A stretch of DNA of 49,610 bases from Escherichia coli. GTDB taxonomy: Bacteria > Pseudomonadota > Gammaproteobacteria > Enterobacterales > Enterobacteriaceae. Positions 1-10,144 of the stretch are shown piece by piece. A program made the position numbers and the translations under genes. The notes under the pieces were generated by a model that worked only from the letters and a program-made list of their open reading frames with translations, did no database searches and was not told the DNA's origin. Positions within the stretch are counted from its first letter, which is position 1. The number at the start of each line of letters is the position of its first letter. The DNA is taken from the NCBI RefSeq assembly GCF_003334305.1, contig NZ_QOWS01000028.1; one strand, 5' to 3'.

Positions 1-153
<153 letters not shown>

Positions 154-183
154 TGGATGGCTTGCTGCGACGAACACCAACCC

Positions 184-1050
184 TTACCCCTGACGCTTAT
201 CTTCCGTATTCGTCTCGAAATCACTGGCGTCATGGCGCTCATGCAACTGCTCATTCAGCGGTCCGTTGGTGCGGTTAACAATACGCCCACGTTTCACCGC
301 CGGACGTTCGCCTACTTCTTTCGCCCAGCGTTGTACATGCTTATAACTGCCCGCATCAAGAAACTCTGCGGCATCATACACGCCGCCTAACACCACATTG
401 CCAAACCACGGCCAAATCGCCATATCCGCAATGGTGTACTCATCGCCCGCAATAAACTTATGCTGCGCCAGTTGCTTATCCAGCACGTCGAGCAGACGTT
501 TGGCTTCCATGGTAAAGCGGTTGATGGCGTACTCAATTTTCATCGGCGCGTAATGGTAAAAGTGACCAAAACCACCGCCGAGGAACGGTGCCGCGCCCTG
601 TAACCAGAACAGCCAGTTCATCGTTTCAGTACGCTTTGCCAAATCCTGCGGCAGGAAGTAGCCAAATTTCTCCGCCAGATAAAGCAGGATCGAACCAGAT
701 TCAAACACGCGGATCGGCGGATTATGCGTATGATCGCGCAGCGCCGGGATCTTCGAGTTTGGGTTCACTTCGACAAAGCCGCTGGAGAATTGATCGCCAT
801 CGCCAATACGAATCAGCCAGGCGTCGTACTCTGCACCAGTAACGCCCAGCGCCAGCAGCTCCTCAAGCATAATCGTTACTTTCTGACCGTTCGGCGTTCC
901 CAGCGAATAAAGTTGCAATGGGTGTTTGCCAACGGGCAGCGTTTTTTCATGCGTCGGACCAGAAACCGGGCGATTGATATTGGCGAACGCGCCGCCAGCG
1001 GATTTATCCCACGTCCAGACTTTCGCGGGCTGATAAGTATTGTCTGTCAT
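184..1050 (-). CDS. yghU: Glutathione S-transferase-like protein YghU (288 aa)
   Basis: ORF 184..1098; product from MTDNTYQPAKVWTWDKSAGG matches remembered YghU. Start trimmed to the ATG at 1050 (cat at 1048-1050 on + strand). Confidence 0.92.
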   Translation of the reverse strand: MTDNTYQPAKVWTWDKSAGGAFANINRPVSGPTHEKTLPVGKHPLQLYSLGTPNGQKVTIMLEELLALGVTGAEYDAWLIRIGDGDQFSSGFVEVNPNSKIPALRDHTHNPPIRVFESGSILLYLAEKFGYFLPQDLAKRTETMNWLFWLQGAAPFLGGGFGHFYHYAPMKIEYAINRFTMEAKRLLDVLDKQLAQHKFIAGDEYTIADMAIWPWFGNVVLGGVYDAAEFLDAGSYKHVQRWAKEVGERPAVKRGRIVNRTNGPLNEQLHERHDASDFETNTEDKRQG

Positions 1051-1254
1051 AGTGAGTTGCCTTCTGAGTGGTAGTGTTGAAGCAGTGTAGCAGGTCACTT
1101 GCTGTACAGAATGTGAATTTTTTAACCCTTTGCGCCAGCCGCTGCGATGAGGTGTATGATTAGTCTGACCTCTGTCCGGTTAATGTCGCTGAGCAGGTAA
1201 TCAGAGCACAACAATTACGCCAACTGCTTAGGTTGTATTGTTAAAGGTAAAGTG

Positions 1255-3114
1255 ATGAGCAAAGGAACGACCAGCCAGGATGCCCCGTTCGGGACATTAT
1301 TGGGCTACGCCCCAGGTGGGGTAGCAATCTACTCTTCAGATTACAGTTCTCTCGATCCGCAGGAATACGAAGATGACGCCGTATTCCGTAGCTATATCGA
1401 CGACGAATATATGGGCCACAAGTGGCAATGCGTTGAATTTGCTCGCCGTTTTCTCTTTCTGAATTACGGTGTGGTCTTTACTGACGTGGGTATGGCGTGG
1501 GAGATTTTCTCGCTGCGCTTCCTGCGAGAAGTGGTTAATGACAACATCCTGCCATTGCAGGCATTTCCTAACGGCTCGCCGCGTGCGCCGGTCGCGGGTG
1601 CGCTTCTTATCTGGGATAAAGGCGGTGAATTTAAAGACACTGGCCATGTCGCCATCATTACCCAATTGCATGGCAACAAAGTCCGTATTGCGGAACAGAA
1701 CGTGATTCATTCCCCGTTGCCGCAAGGGCAACAGTGGACGCGTGAGCTGGAGATGGTGGTCGAAAACGGCTGCTATACCCTGAAAGACACTTTTGATGAC
1801 ACCACCATTCTGGGCTGGATGATCCAGACGGAAGATACTGAATACAGCTTACCGCAGCCGGAAATTGCAGGCGAGCTGCTGAAAATCAGCGGAGCGCGCC
1901 TGGAAAACAAAGGCCAGTTTGACGGTAAATGGCTGGATGAAAAAGATCCGCTGCAAAACGCCTATGTGCAGGCCAACGGTCAGGTGATCAATCAGGATCC
2001 TTATCATTACTACACCATTACCGAGAGTGCCGAGCAGGAGCTAATTAAAGCCACCAACGAGCTGCACCTGATGTATCTTCACGCAACCGACAAGGTGCTG
2101 AAAGATGACAACCTGCTGGCGCTGTTCGACATCCCGAAAATCCTCTGGCCACGTTTGCGTCTCTCCTGGCAGCGTCGCCGTCACCATATGATCACCGGTC
2201 GTATGGATTTCTGCATGGATGAGCGTGGTCTGAAGGTTTACGAGTACAACGCCGACTCTGCCTCATGTCATACCGAAGCGGGCTTGATCCTCGAACGTTG
2301 GGCGGAGCAGGGCTATAAAGGCAACGGCTTCAATCCGGCGGAAGGGCTGATTAACGAACTGGCTGGTGCCTGGAAACACAGTCGTGCACGTCCGTTTGTC
2401 CATATCATGCAGGACAAAGATATCGAGGAAAACTATCACGCGCAGTTTATGGAGCAGGCGCTGCACCAGGCGGGCTTTGAAACGCGTATCTTGCGCGGGC
2501 TGGATGAACTGGGCTGGGATGCTGCCGGGCAACTGATTGATGGGGAAGGACGGCTGGTTAACTGCGTGTGGAAAACCTGGGCGTGGGAAACCGCGTTTGA
2601 TCAGATTCGTGAAGTTAGCGACCGTGAGTTTGCTGCGGTGCCAATCCGTACCGGTCATCCGCAAAACGAAGTGCGTCTTATCGACGTATTGCTGCGCCCG
2701 GAAGTGCTGGTCTTTGAGCCGCTGTGGACGGTGATCCCCGGCAACAAAGCGATTCTGCCGATCCTCTGGTCGCTGTTCCCGCACCATCGTTACCTGCTGG
2801 ATACCGATTTCACTGTTAATGATGAACTGGTGAAAACAGGTTACGCAGTGAAACCGATCGCCGGTCGCTGTGGCAGCAATATCGACCTCGTCAGCCATCA
2901 TGAAGAGGTGCTGGACAAAACCAGCGGTAAATTTGCCGAGCAGAAAAACATCTATCAGCAACTGTGGTGTTTGCCGAAAGTGGACGGTAAATACATTCAG
3001 GTATGTACCTTCACCGTTGGCGGCAACTACGGTGGGACGTGTTTGCGCGGTGATGAATCACTGGTCATCAAAAAAGAGAGTGATATTGAACCGTTAATTG
3101 TGGTGAAAAAGTAA
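1255..3114 (+). CDS. gss: Bifunctional glutathionylspermidine synthetase/amidase (619 aa)
   Basis: ORF 1252..3114; translation MSKGTTSQDAPFGTLLGYAPGG... matches remembered Gss. ATG at 1255 preferred over the in-frame GTG at 1252; purine-rich RBS aaaggtaaag upstream. Confidence 0.96.
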   Translation: MSKGTTSQDAPFGTLLGYAPGGVAIYSSDYSSLDPQEYEDDAVFRSYIDDEYMGHKWQCVEFARRFLFLNYGVVFTDVGMAWEIFSLRFLREVVNDNILPLQAFPNGSPRAPVAGALLIWDKGGEFKDTGHVAIITQLHGNKVRIAEQNVIHSPLPQGQQWTRELEMVVENGCYTLKDTFDDTTILGWMIQTEDTEYSLPQPEIAGELLKISGARLENKGQFDGKWLDEKDPLQNAYVQANGQVINQDPYHYYTITESAEQELIKATNELHLMYLHATDKVLKDDNLLALFDIPKILWPRLRLSWQRRRHHMITGRMDFCMDERGLKVYEYNADSASCHTEAGLILERWAEQGYKGNGFNPAEGLINELAGAWKHSRARPFVHIMQDKDIEENYHAQFMEQALHQAGFETRILRGLDELGWDAAGQLIDGEGRLVNCVWKTWAWETAFDQIREVSDREFAAVPIRTGHPQNEVRLIDVLLRPEVLVFEPLWTVIPGNKAILPILWSLFPHHRYLLDTDFTVNDELVKTGYAVKPIAGRCGSNIDLVSHHEEVLDKTSGKFAEQKNIYQQLWCLPKVDGKYIQVCTFTVGGNYGGTCLRGDESLVIKKESDIEPLIVVKK

Positions 3115-3129
3115 TACATGTTGTAGCAA

Positions 3130-3164
3130 CCCCGTACTGATTATGAAGAATAATCAGTACGGGG
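3130..3164 (+). terminator. Candidate terminator hairpin after gss
   Basis: 14-bp perfect stem ccccgtactgatta / taatcagtacgggg with 7-nt loop, followed by AT-rich sequence but no clean T-run. Confidence 0.5.
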
Positions 3165-3405
3165 ATTAATCAAAATATTCAATATTTATATATTCCAATA
3201 TTTATTCATTTCATATGTGAATATATTAACCAGTGGAATACCTGTGTTTTGATTATTTCTAAAGATTTTGAATGAATGCTTATTGTCTGATACACAAGAA
3301 ATAACACTCTTTTTATCGTTAAAAGATGATATTTCACTTTGCCCACGCCGTGAAAGTCACTGATAATGCGTCCGTTCGTAAATTCAAAATGGCGTAATCT
3401 AATAT

Positions 3406-4905
3406 ATGCTAAATTTATTTGTTGGCCTTGATATATATACGGGGCTTTTGTTATTACTTGCTCTGGCATTTGTGTTGTTCTACGAAGCAATCAATGGTTT
3501 TCACGACACGGCGAACGCGGTGGCAACCGTTATTTATACTCGTGCCATGCAGCCGCATCTTGCGGTAGTAATGGCGGCGTTTTTTAACTTTTTTGGCGTG
3601 TTATTGGGCGGACTTAGCGTTGCCTATGCCATTGTCCATATGTTACCAACCGATTTGTTGCTGAATATGGGGTCAACCCACGGTCTGGCGATGGTCTTTT
3701 CCATGCTGCTGGCGGCGATTATATGGAACCTGGGGACGTGGTTCTTCGGTTTACCGGCCTCCAGTTCGCACACCTTGATTGGTGCGATTATCGGCATCGG
3801 TTTAACCAACGCGCTGTTAACCGGCTCATCGGTGATGGATGCGTTAAACCTGCGTGAAGTGACCAAAATTTTCTCCTCGCTGATTGTTTCCCCTATCGTC
3901 GGCCTGGTCATTGCGGGAGGCCTGATATTCCTGCTGCGACGCTACTGGAGCGGGACGAAAAAGCGTGACCGTATTCACCGCATTCCGGAAGATCGCAAAA
4001 AGAAAAAAGGCAAACGTAAACCGCCATTCTGGACGCGTATTGCGCTGATTGTTTCCGCTGCGGGCGTGGCGTTTTCGCACGGCGCGAACGACGGGCAGAA
4101 AGGGATCGGCCTGGTGATGCTGGTACTGGTGGGGATTGCCCCTGCTGGCTTCGTCGTCAATATGAACGCGTCCGGCTATGAAATTACCCGTACTCGCGAT
4201 GCCGTCTCCAACTTCGAACACTATCTGCAACAGCATCCTGAACTGCCGCAGAAGTTGATTGCGATGGAACCTCCATTGCCTGCGGCATCGACTGATGGCG
4301 CGCAAGTAACAGAGTTTCACTGTCATCCGGCAAATACCTTTGATGCGATTGCGCGCGTTAAAACGATGCTGCCAGGCAATATGGAAAGTTACGAGCCGTT
4401 AAGCGTGAGTCAGCGCAGCCAGCTGCGCCGCATTATGCTGTGCATCTCTGATACCTCCGCGAAGCTGGCGAAACTGCCAGGCGTCAGTAAAGAAGACCAG
4501 AACCTGCTGAAAAAACTGCGCAGCGATATGTTAAGCACCATTGAGTACGCTCCGGTGTGGATCATCATGGCGGTAGCACTGGCGCTCGGCATTGGCACCA
4601 TGATTGGCTGGCGTCGTGTAGCGATGACCATCGGTGAGAAGATTGGTAAGCGCGGCATGACGTATGCGCAAGGCATGGCGGCACAAATGACGGCGGCAGT
4701 GTCTATCGGTCTTGCCAGTTATATTGGGATGCCCGTCTCCACAACACACGTCCTCTCGTCTGCAGTTGCAGGGACGATGGTGGTGGACGGCGGTGGGTTA
4801 CAGCGTAAAACGGTAACCAGCATCCTGATGGCATGGGTATTTACTTTACCGGCGGCGATTTTTCTTTCTGGTGGGCTGTACTGGATAGCATTGCAGTTGA
4901 TTTAA
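3406..4905 (+). CDS. pitB: Low-affinity inorganic phosphate transporter PitB (499 aa)
   Basis: Full-length ORF; [39 protein letters not shown]... matches the Pit family / remembered PitB; multiple hydrophobic segments. Confidence 0.96.
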   Translation: MLNLFVGLDIYTGLLLLLALAFVLFYEAINGFHDTANAVATVIYTRAMQPHLAVVMAAFFNFFGVLLGGLSVAYAIVHMLPTDLLLNMGSTHGLAMVFSMLLAAIIWNLGTWFFGLPASSSHTLIGAIIGIGLTNALLTGSSVMDALNLREVTKIFSSLIVSPIVGLVIAGGLIFLLRRYWSGTKKRDRIHRIPEDRKKKKGKRKPPFWTRIALIVSAAGVAFSHGANDGQKGIGLVMLVLVGIAPAGFVVNMNASGYEITRTRDAVSNFEHYLQQHPELPQKLIAMEPPLPAASTDGAQVTEFHCHPANTFDAIARVKTMLPGNMESYEPLSVSQRSQLRRIMLCISDTSAKLAKLPGVSKEDQNLLKKLRSDMLSTIEYAPVWIIMAVALALGIGTMIGWRRVAMTIGEKIGKRGMTYAQGMAAQMTAAVSIGLASYIGMPVSTTHVLSSAVAGTMVVDGGGLQRKTVTSILMAWVFTLPAAIFLSGGLYWIALQLI

Positions 4906-4914
4906 CCTTCCTGA

Positions 4915-4951
4915 AAATGCCCGGTCCTGGCGATCGGGCATTTCCATTTTT
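4915..4951. terminator. Bidirectional rho-independent terminator between convergent pitB and yghT
   Basis: Stem aaatgcccg / cgggcattt (4915-4943) with 11-nt loop, followed by ccatttttg; the A-run on the 5' side serves the opposite strand. Confidence 0.6.
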
Positions 4952-4953
4952 GA

Positions 4954-5646
4954 CTAGTGATAACCACGCGCGGTCATAAAATCCGTAATCGCTTTTTCTG
5001 CATCAACCAACACCTGTTCCAGTGGCTGATTGGCATCGATATCAACCAGTTGTGCACCACCAAAGGTTAACTGTGGCGTTATGGCAATCTTCCTCGCCAG
5101 CGATTCCCGTTTATGGTCGGGTTTACGTGCACAGGCAACTTCAAGGTCAACATTGAGTTTGATGACCAGATCAGGCTTATGGCTCGCCATCCAGTGAAAC
5201 GCTTTACGTTCCTGGCTTGCCAGCCATGAGACAAAACGACCACCTTCAACGTTAGGTGGGAACACCGTACCATCGTAAGCGCCAGGAATTTGGTCCTGAG
5301 GATAACGGTCGGTTAGAACAATTAACCCGCGACGACGACAGGCAAGCATATGACGAAAGCGCAGTAAGCGACGGGCGACAAACGCTGTAATTACCAGCGC
5401 CGGAACTGGTCCTGGCAATTTTTTTGCTGTTTTCACCTGATTTCGTTCAATTGTTTTATGTAAGGATTTTCCCATCAACGGTAATTTTGTCACTGCACGA
5501 CCGACATTTCCGGCTTGTTTTCCTAAATGAACTCTTTCGGCAGCACCATATTTTTCGACAACGGTAATGAGATGTTCACACACCGTTGACTTGCCTGAAC
5601 CATCGCTACCAATAACGGCAATTAATGGAGGTGTTATTGACTGCAT
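4954..5646 (-). CDS. yghT: P-loop ATP-binding protein YghT (230 aa), thymidylate-kinase-like
   Basis: Walker [10 protein letters not shown] near N-terminus and a DRYP motif ([12 protein letters not shown]) reminiscent of the TMK DRY motif; length matches remembered YghT. Confidence 0.88.
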
Positions 5647-5819
5647 GAATATATCCTTAAATTTAAATATCCATCCAAAATATTTATTTGGTTAATATGT
5701 TTTTATGAAAGCGTAATTCAGGTCAATGTCACAATTAACCATTGTCACAATAAGGTTGAACGGATATTCTGAGCACGGACCACGTAATATTCAATACATT
5801 ATTTACTGCCGGGTTTTTC
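5647..5819. promoter_or_regulatory. AT-rich divergent intergenic region (yghT <-> yghS)
   Basis: 173-bp AT-rich spacer between divergently oriented genes; no specific -10/-35 assigned. Confidence 0.4.
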
Positions 5820-6533
5820 GTGAATCAACGTGATATGTCAATAATTAATTCCACGCCAGTGCGTGTTATTGCCATTGTAGGATGTGATGGTTCAGGTAAA
5901 TCGACCCTCACGGCTAGCCTGGTAAATGAACTGGCAGCAAGAATGCCAGCAGAACACATTTATCTCGGGCAATCGTCCGGGCGAATTGGCGAATGGATTT
6001 CACAGCTCCCTGTTATTGGCGCACCTTTTGGGCGTTATTTGCGAAGTAAAGCGGCACATGTGCACGAAAAGCCCTCAACACCGCCTGGCAATATTACTGC
6101 TCTGGTTATCTATCTGCTTTCCTGCTGGCGGGCGTACAAGTTTCGCAAAATGTTGTGTAAAAGCCAGCAAGGCTTTCTGCTCATCACCGACCGCTACCCG
6201 CAGGTTGAAGTGCCGGGTTTTCGCTTTGATGGCCCGCAATTGGCAAAAACCACGGGCGGTAACGGTTGGATAAAAATGTTAAGGCAGCGCGAGCTGAAGC
6301 TGTACCAATGGATGGCATCTTATTTGCCCGTATTGTTGATTCGTCTTGGCATTGATGAACAAACCGCGTTTGCGCGTAAACCTGACCACCAACTGGCAGC
6401 GTTACAGGAAAAAATCGCCGTTACGCCGCAACTGACATTCAATGGCGCAAAGATCCTTGAACTGGATGGGCGACACCCCGCCGATGAAATTCTGCAAGCG
6501 TCACTACGCGCAATTCACGCCGCGCTTTCCTGA
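5820..6533 (+). CDS. yghS: P-loop ATP-binding protein YghS (237 aa), paralog of YghT/YghR
   Basis: Walker A GCDGSGKST plus DRYP motif (LLITDRYPQVE). GTG start at 5820; alternative ATG at 5835. Confidence 0.86.
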   Translation: MNQRDMSIINSTPVRVIAIVGCDGSGKSTLTASLVNELAARMPAEHIYLGQSSGRIGEWISQLPVIGAPFGRYLRSKAAHVHEKPSTPPGNITALVIYLLSCWRAYKFRKMLCKSQQGFLLITDRYPQVEVPGFRFDGPQLAKTTGGNGWIKMLRQRELKLYQWMASYLPVLLIRLGIDEQTAFARKPDHQLAALQEKIAVTPQLTFNGAKILELDGRHPADEILQASLRAIHAALS

Positions 6534-6564
6534 TCACCAAAATGGATAGGGGATGATTTAACGA

Positions 6565-7323
6565 ATGGATGCACTACAAACTCAAACTGTTAATAGTACA
6601 ACCGCGCCGCAGCCCAACTACATTCCGGGGCTGATTGCGGTGGTCGGGTGTGATGGCACCGGTAAATCCACACTGACCACCGACCTGGTGAAATCGCTGC
6701 AACAACACTGGCAAACCGAGCGGCGCTATCTGGGGCTGCTCTCCGGCGAAGACGGCGACAAAATCAAACGATTGCCGTTGGTTGGCGTCTGGCTGGAACG
6801 GCGACTGGCGGCCAAATCCTCGAAAACCCAAAGCATGAAAACCAAATCTCCGGCGCTATGGGCGGCGGTGATTATGTACTGCTTCTCGCTGCGAAGAATG
6901 GCGAATCTACGCAAGGTTCAGCGACTGGCGCAAAGTGGCGTTCTGGTGGTCAGCGATCGCTTCCCGCAGGCTGAAATTTCGGGCTTTTATTATGATGGAC
7001 CGGGGATTGGCGTCGAACGTGCGACCGGGAAAATCAGCATGTTTCTGGCGCAGCGCGAACGGCGTTTATACCAACAAATGGCGCAATATCGCCCGGAATT
7101 AATTATTCGCCTGGGCATTGATATTGAGACTGCCATCTCCCGCAAGCCTGACCATGACTATGCCGAGCTGCAGGACAAAATCGGCGTCATGTCGACGATT
7201 GGCTATAACGGCACAAAAATTCTTGAGATTGATTCCAGAGCGCCCTACAGCGAAGTGCTGGAACAGGCACAGAAGGCGGTTTCTCTGGTTGCCATCGTTT
7301 CTGACCGCCGAAGTTTAACTTAA
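6565..7323 (+). CDS. yghR: P-loop ATP-binding protein YghR (252 aa), paralog of YghS/YghT
   Basis: Walker A GCDGTGKST plus DRFP motif (VVSDRFPQAE); same architecture as the two preceding genes. Confidence 0.88.
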   Translation: MDALQTQTVNSTTAPQPNYIPGLIAVVGCDGTGKSTLTTDLVKSLQQHWQTERRYLGLLSGEDGDKIKRLPLVGVWLERRLAAKSSKTQSMKTKSPALWAAVIMYCFSLRRMANLRKVQRLAQSGVLVVSDRFPQAEISGFYYDGPGIGVERATGKISMFLAQRERRLYQQMAQYRPELIIRLGIDIETAISRKPDHDYAELQDKIGVMSTIGYNGTKILEIDSRAPYSEVLEQAQKAVSLVAIVSDRRSLT

Positions 7324-7368
7324 GGCTGGCGGGATACTTTTTACTATCAACGATAAGGTCAGGCTGAA

Positions 7369-8718
7369 TTGGCGGGTTTTAACATCAAACATTGGTTTGC
7401 AGATGGCGCGTTTCGCACCATTATTCGCAATAGCGCCTGGTTAGGCTCCAGTAATGTCGTGAGCGCCTTGCTGGGTCTGTTGGCGCTCTCGTGTGCCGGT
7501 AAAGGGATGACGCCCGCCATGTTTGGCGTACTGGTGATTGTGCAATCGTACGCCAAGTCGATCAGCGATTTTATTAAGTTTCAGACATGGCAACTGGTGG
7601 TTCAGTACGGAACGCCAGCCTTGACCAACAATAATCCGCAGCAATTTCGCAATGTCGTCTCATTTTCCTTCTCGCTGGATATCGTCAGCGGCGCGGTGGC
7701 GATTGTCGGCGGCATTGCCTTACTGCCATTCCTTTCCCATTCATTAGGTCTGGATGACCAAAGCTTTTGGCTGGCGGCGCTGTATTGCACGCTCATTCCT
7801 TCAATGGCTTCCTCCACGCCGACCGGCATTCTGCGTGCGGTAGATCGCTTCGATTTAATTGCTGTACAGCAGGCGACGAAACCTTTTCTGCGCGCAGCGG
7901 GGAGCGTCGTAGCCTGGTATTTTGACTTTGGTTTTGCGGGTTTTGTTATTGCCTGGTACGTGTCGAATCTGGTTGGCGGCACCATGTACTGGTGGTTTGC
8001 AGCGCGCGAATTACGCCGCAGAAATATCCATAATGCCTTCAAATTGAATCTGTTTGAGTCTGCCCGACACATCAAAGGCGCGTGGAGTTTTGTCTGGTCA
8101 ACCAACATTGCCCACTCCATCTGGTCGGCGCGTAACTCGTGCAGCACAGTGCTGGTGGGGATCGTGTTAGGACCCGCTGCCGCCGGGTTATTTAAAATCG
8201 CCATGACATTCTTCGACGCCGCCGGAACGCCAGCGGGTTTGCTGGGTAAAAATTTTTACCCAGAGGTGATGCGTTTAGATCCGCGCACCACCAGACCGTG
8301 GTTGTTAGGTGTGAAGTCCGGTTTACTGGCGGGCGGAATCGGTATTCTGGTGGCGCTCGCGGTGTTTATCGTCGGCAAGCCGCTCATTTCGCTGGTGTTT
8401 GGCGTTAAGTATCTCGAAGCGTATGACCTGATTCAGGTGATGCTGGGCGCAATTGTGATTTCGATGCTGGGCTTCCCTCAGGAGTCATTGCTATTGATGG
8501 CGGGAAAACAGCGCGCTTTTCTCGTGGCGCAAACCATCGCCTCAATCGGCTACATCGTATTGCTGTTCATGTTCTGTCATCTGTTTGGTGTGCTGGGAGC
8601 AGCGTTTGCTTACTTCGGTGGGCAATGTCTGGACGTGGCGCTCTCGTTAATTCCAACCTTAAAGGCATTTTTTCAGCGCCATTCCTTGCTTTATAACGCA
8701 GCCGGAGAGAAATCCTGA
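7369..8718 (+). CDS. yghQ: Polytopic membrane protein, flippase-like (polysaccharide/lipid exporter family), YghQ
   Basis: 449-aa ORF with many hydrophobic helices; remembered as yghQ. TTG at 7369, so the true start is uncertain. Its stop (8716-8718) overlaps the next ATG (8718-8720). Confidence 0.78.
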   Translation: MAGFNIKHWFADGAFRTIIRNSAWLGSSNVVSALLGLLALSCAGKGMTPAMFGVLVIVQSYAKSISDFIKFQTWQLVVQYGTPALTNNNPQQFRNVVSFSFSLDIVSGAVAIVGGIALLPFLSHSLGLDDQSFWLAALYCTLIPSMASSTPTGILRAVDRFDLIAVQQATKPFLRAAGSVVAWYFDFGFAGFVIAWYVSNLVGGTMYWWFAARELRRRNIHNAFKLNLFESARHIKGAWSFVWSTNIAHSIWSARNSCSTVLVGIVLGPAAAGLFKIAMTFFDAAGTPAGLLGKNFYPEVMRLDPRTTRPWLLGVKSGLLAGGIGILVALAVFIVGKPLISLVFGVKYLEAYDLIQVMLGAIVISMLGFPQESLLLMAGKQRAFLVAQTIASIGYIVLLFMFCHLFGVLGAAFAYFGGQCLDVALSLIPTLKAFFQRHSLLYNAAGEKS

Positions 8719-9542
8719 TGATGAGAAAATATTTCCCGCTTGAGGCGAGCGAGCGTCTATTTGTTGCGATTGAAGAAGATGATGTCGTTGATGCACAGGT
8801 TAGTTTGCCGCCGACTATTGCACTAAGTTGTACCACCGAAATCATTCATGATAATTACGCGTTATGCCTGCAATTCTGGCTCAATGGCGTTGATCGTCAG
8901 GAATTACTGCGTTTAGTTCGCAAACAAGCCAAAGGCGATGAGCTGACTGCTGATGAGCGCAAACAATTTAAATACATGCGAGCGCGCTACAAGCACCTGC
9001 GTTTTGCGCAACGGCTGTATTTAAAGAAGCATCAGGCCGGATTTTTATTCGGCAAAACGACCGTTTTTCTGGGGCGTTTTCAGGACGGCTTTCGTAACGG
9101 TAAGAAAAATATTGTGTCGTATTACGGCAACCTGTTACGGATTTATTTAAGCTCTCCGGTCTGGTCGTTGGTGAACTATTCATTACGCCATAGCCAGTTA
9201 GAAAGCGTAAGCAGTTTTATTGCCTATCGGCAAAAGCAAATGCATACCCTGAAAGAGATTATTGCCAAACCGCGACTAACCGGCAGGGAATTTCATGATG
9301 TGCGAAAAATCATCAGCCAACAGGTTTCTTATTACGACACCTTAAGATCGCTTGATCCTGAAAATAAAGAGGCGTTACAGATTTCCCGTTTCCTCGCCGC
9401 CATTAATGGCCTGATGGGAGATAAACACGACGACATGGTGGCGGATGATATGGAAAACCGCCAGTCGTATGATGCACCGGTGGCGCTGGATAGCGATATT
9501 CGCCAGCGCTTAGAGCTGCTGATTTCGCGTTTTCCGCTATAA
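8718..9542 (+). CDS. Hypothetical soluble protein (274 aa)
   Basis: Intact ORF, translationally coupled to yghQ (ATGA overlap); no motif I can name; basic, Lys/Arg-rich. Confidence 0.6.
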   Translation: MMRKYFPLEASERLFVAIEEDDVVDAQVSLPPTIALSCTTEIIHDNYALCLQFWLNGVDRQELLRLVRKQAKGDELTADERKQFKYMRARYKHLRFAQRLYLKKHQAGFLFGKTTVFLGRFQDGFRNGKKNIVSYYGNLLRIYLSSPVWSLVNYSLRHSQLESVSSFIAYRQKQMHTLKEIIAKPRLTGREFHDVRKIISQQVSYYDTLRSLDPENKEALQISRFLAAINGLMGDKHDDMVADDMENRQSYDAPVALDSDIRQRLELLISRFPL

Positions 9543-9550
9543 CCGGAGCA

Positions 9551-10114
9551 ATGATGTCATCTCGTTTGATTATTGCGCTGATTATCATGCTTTTAGCCCC
9601 GGGTGTGCAGGCACACAATTTCGTCACTGGCAAAACGGTTACCCCTGTTTATATCCAGGAAGGCGGCGAGCTGCTTCTGAATAGCGACGACGAAATTCAC
9701 TACCAAAAGTGGAACAGCACACAATTAGCGGGAAAAGTCCGCATTATTCAGTATATCGCCGGGCGTAAGTCGGCGAAGAAAAAGAACTCACTGTTAATTA
9801 AAGCGGTTGAAGCGGCAAACTTTCCGCAGGATCGTTTTCAGCCCACCACCATTGTGAACACCGATGATGCCATCTTTGGTACTGGCTATTTTGTTGTTGG
9901 CAAAATCGAAAAAAATAAACGCCGCTATCCGTGGGCGCAATTCATTATTGACGGCAATGGACAGGGACGCGTTGCCTGGCGCTTGCCGGAGCAGAGTTCA
10001 ACCATTCTGGTGCTGAATAAAGCCGGGCAAATTCAGTGGGCAAAGGACGGCAGCCTGACGCCGGAAGAGGTAGATCATGTCATTGCGCTGGCGCAGAAAC
10101 TGATCAATGAATAA
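9551..10114 (+). CDS. Secreted/periplasmic hypothetical protein (187 aa) with N-terminal signal peptide
   Basis: MMSSRLIIALIIMLLAPGVQA|HNF looks like a Sec signal peptide with an AxA-like cleavage site; ggag RBS 8 nt upstream. Confidence 0.65.
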   Translation: MMSSRLIIALIIMLLAPGVQAHNFVTGKTVTPVYIQEGGELLLNSDDEIHYQKWNSTQLAGKVRIIQYIAGRKSAKKKNSLLIKAVEAANFPQDRFQPTTIVNTDDAIFGTGYFVVGKIEKNKRRYPWAQFIIDGNGQGRVAWRLPEQSSTILVLNKAGQIQWAKDGSLTPEEVDHVIALAQKLINE

Positions 10115-10144
10115 AAAATTCAAAGGATTGAGGGCGTTAGTGAG

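Noticed and set aside
588-1074. ORFs 588..842 and 724..1074 on the plus strand
   Set aside because: Entirely antisense to and contained within the well-supported yghU CDS; no RBS or recognisable motifs. Treated as chance ORFs.
2263-2961. 232-aa minus-strand ORF inside gss
   Set aside because: Antisense to a gene whose translation matches a remembered protein end to end; typical long antisense ORF in GC-rich coding DNA.
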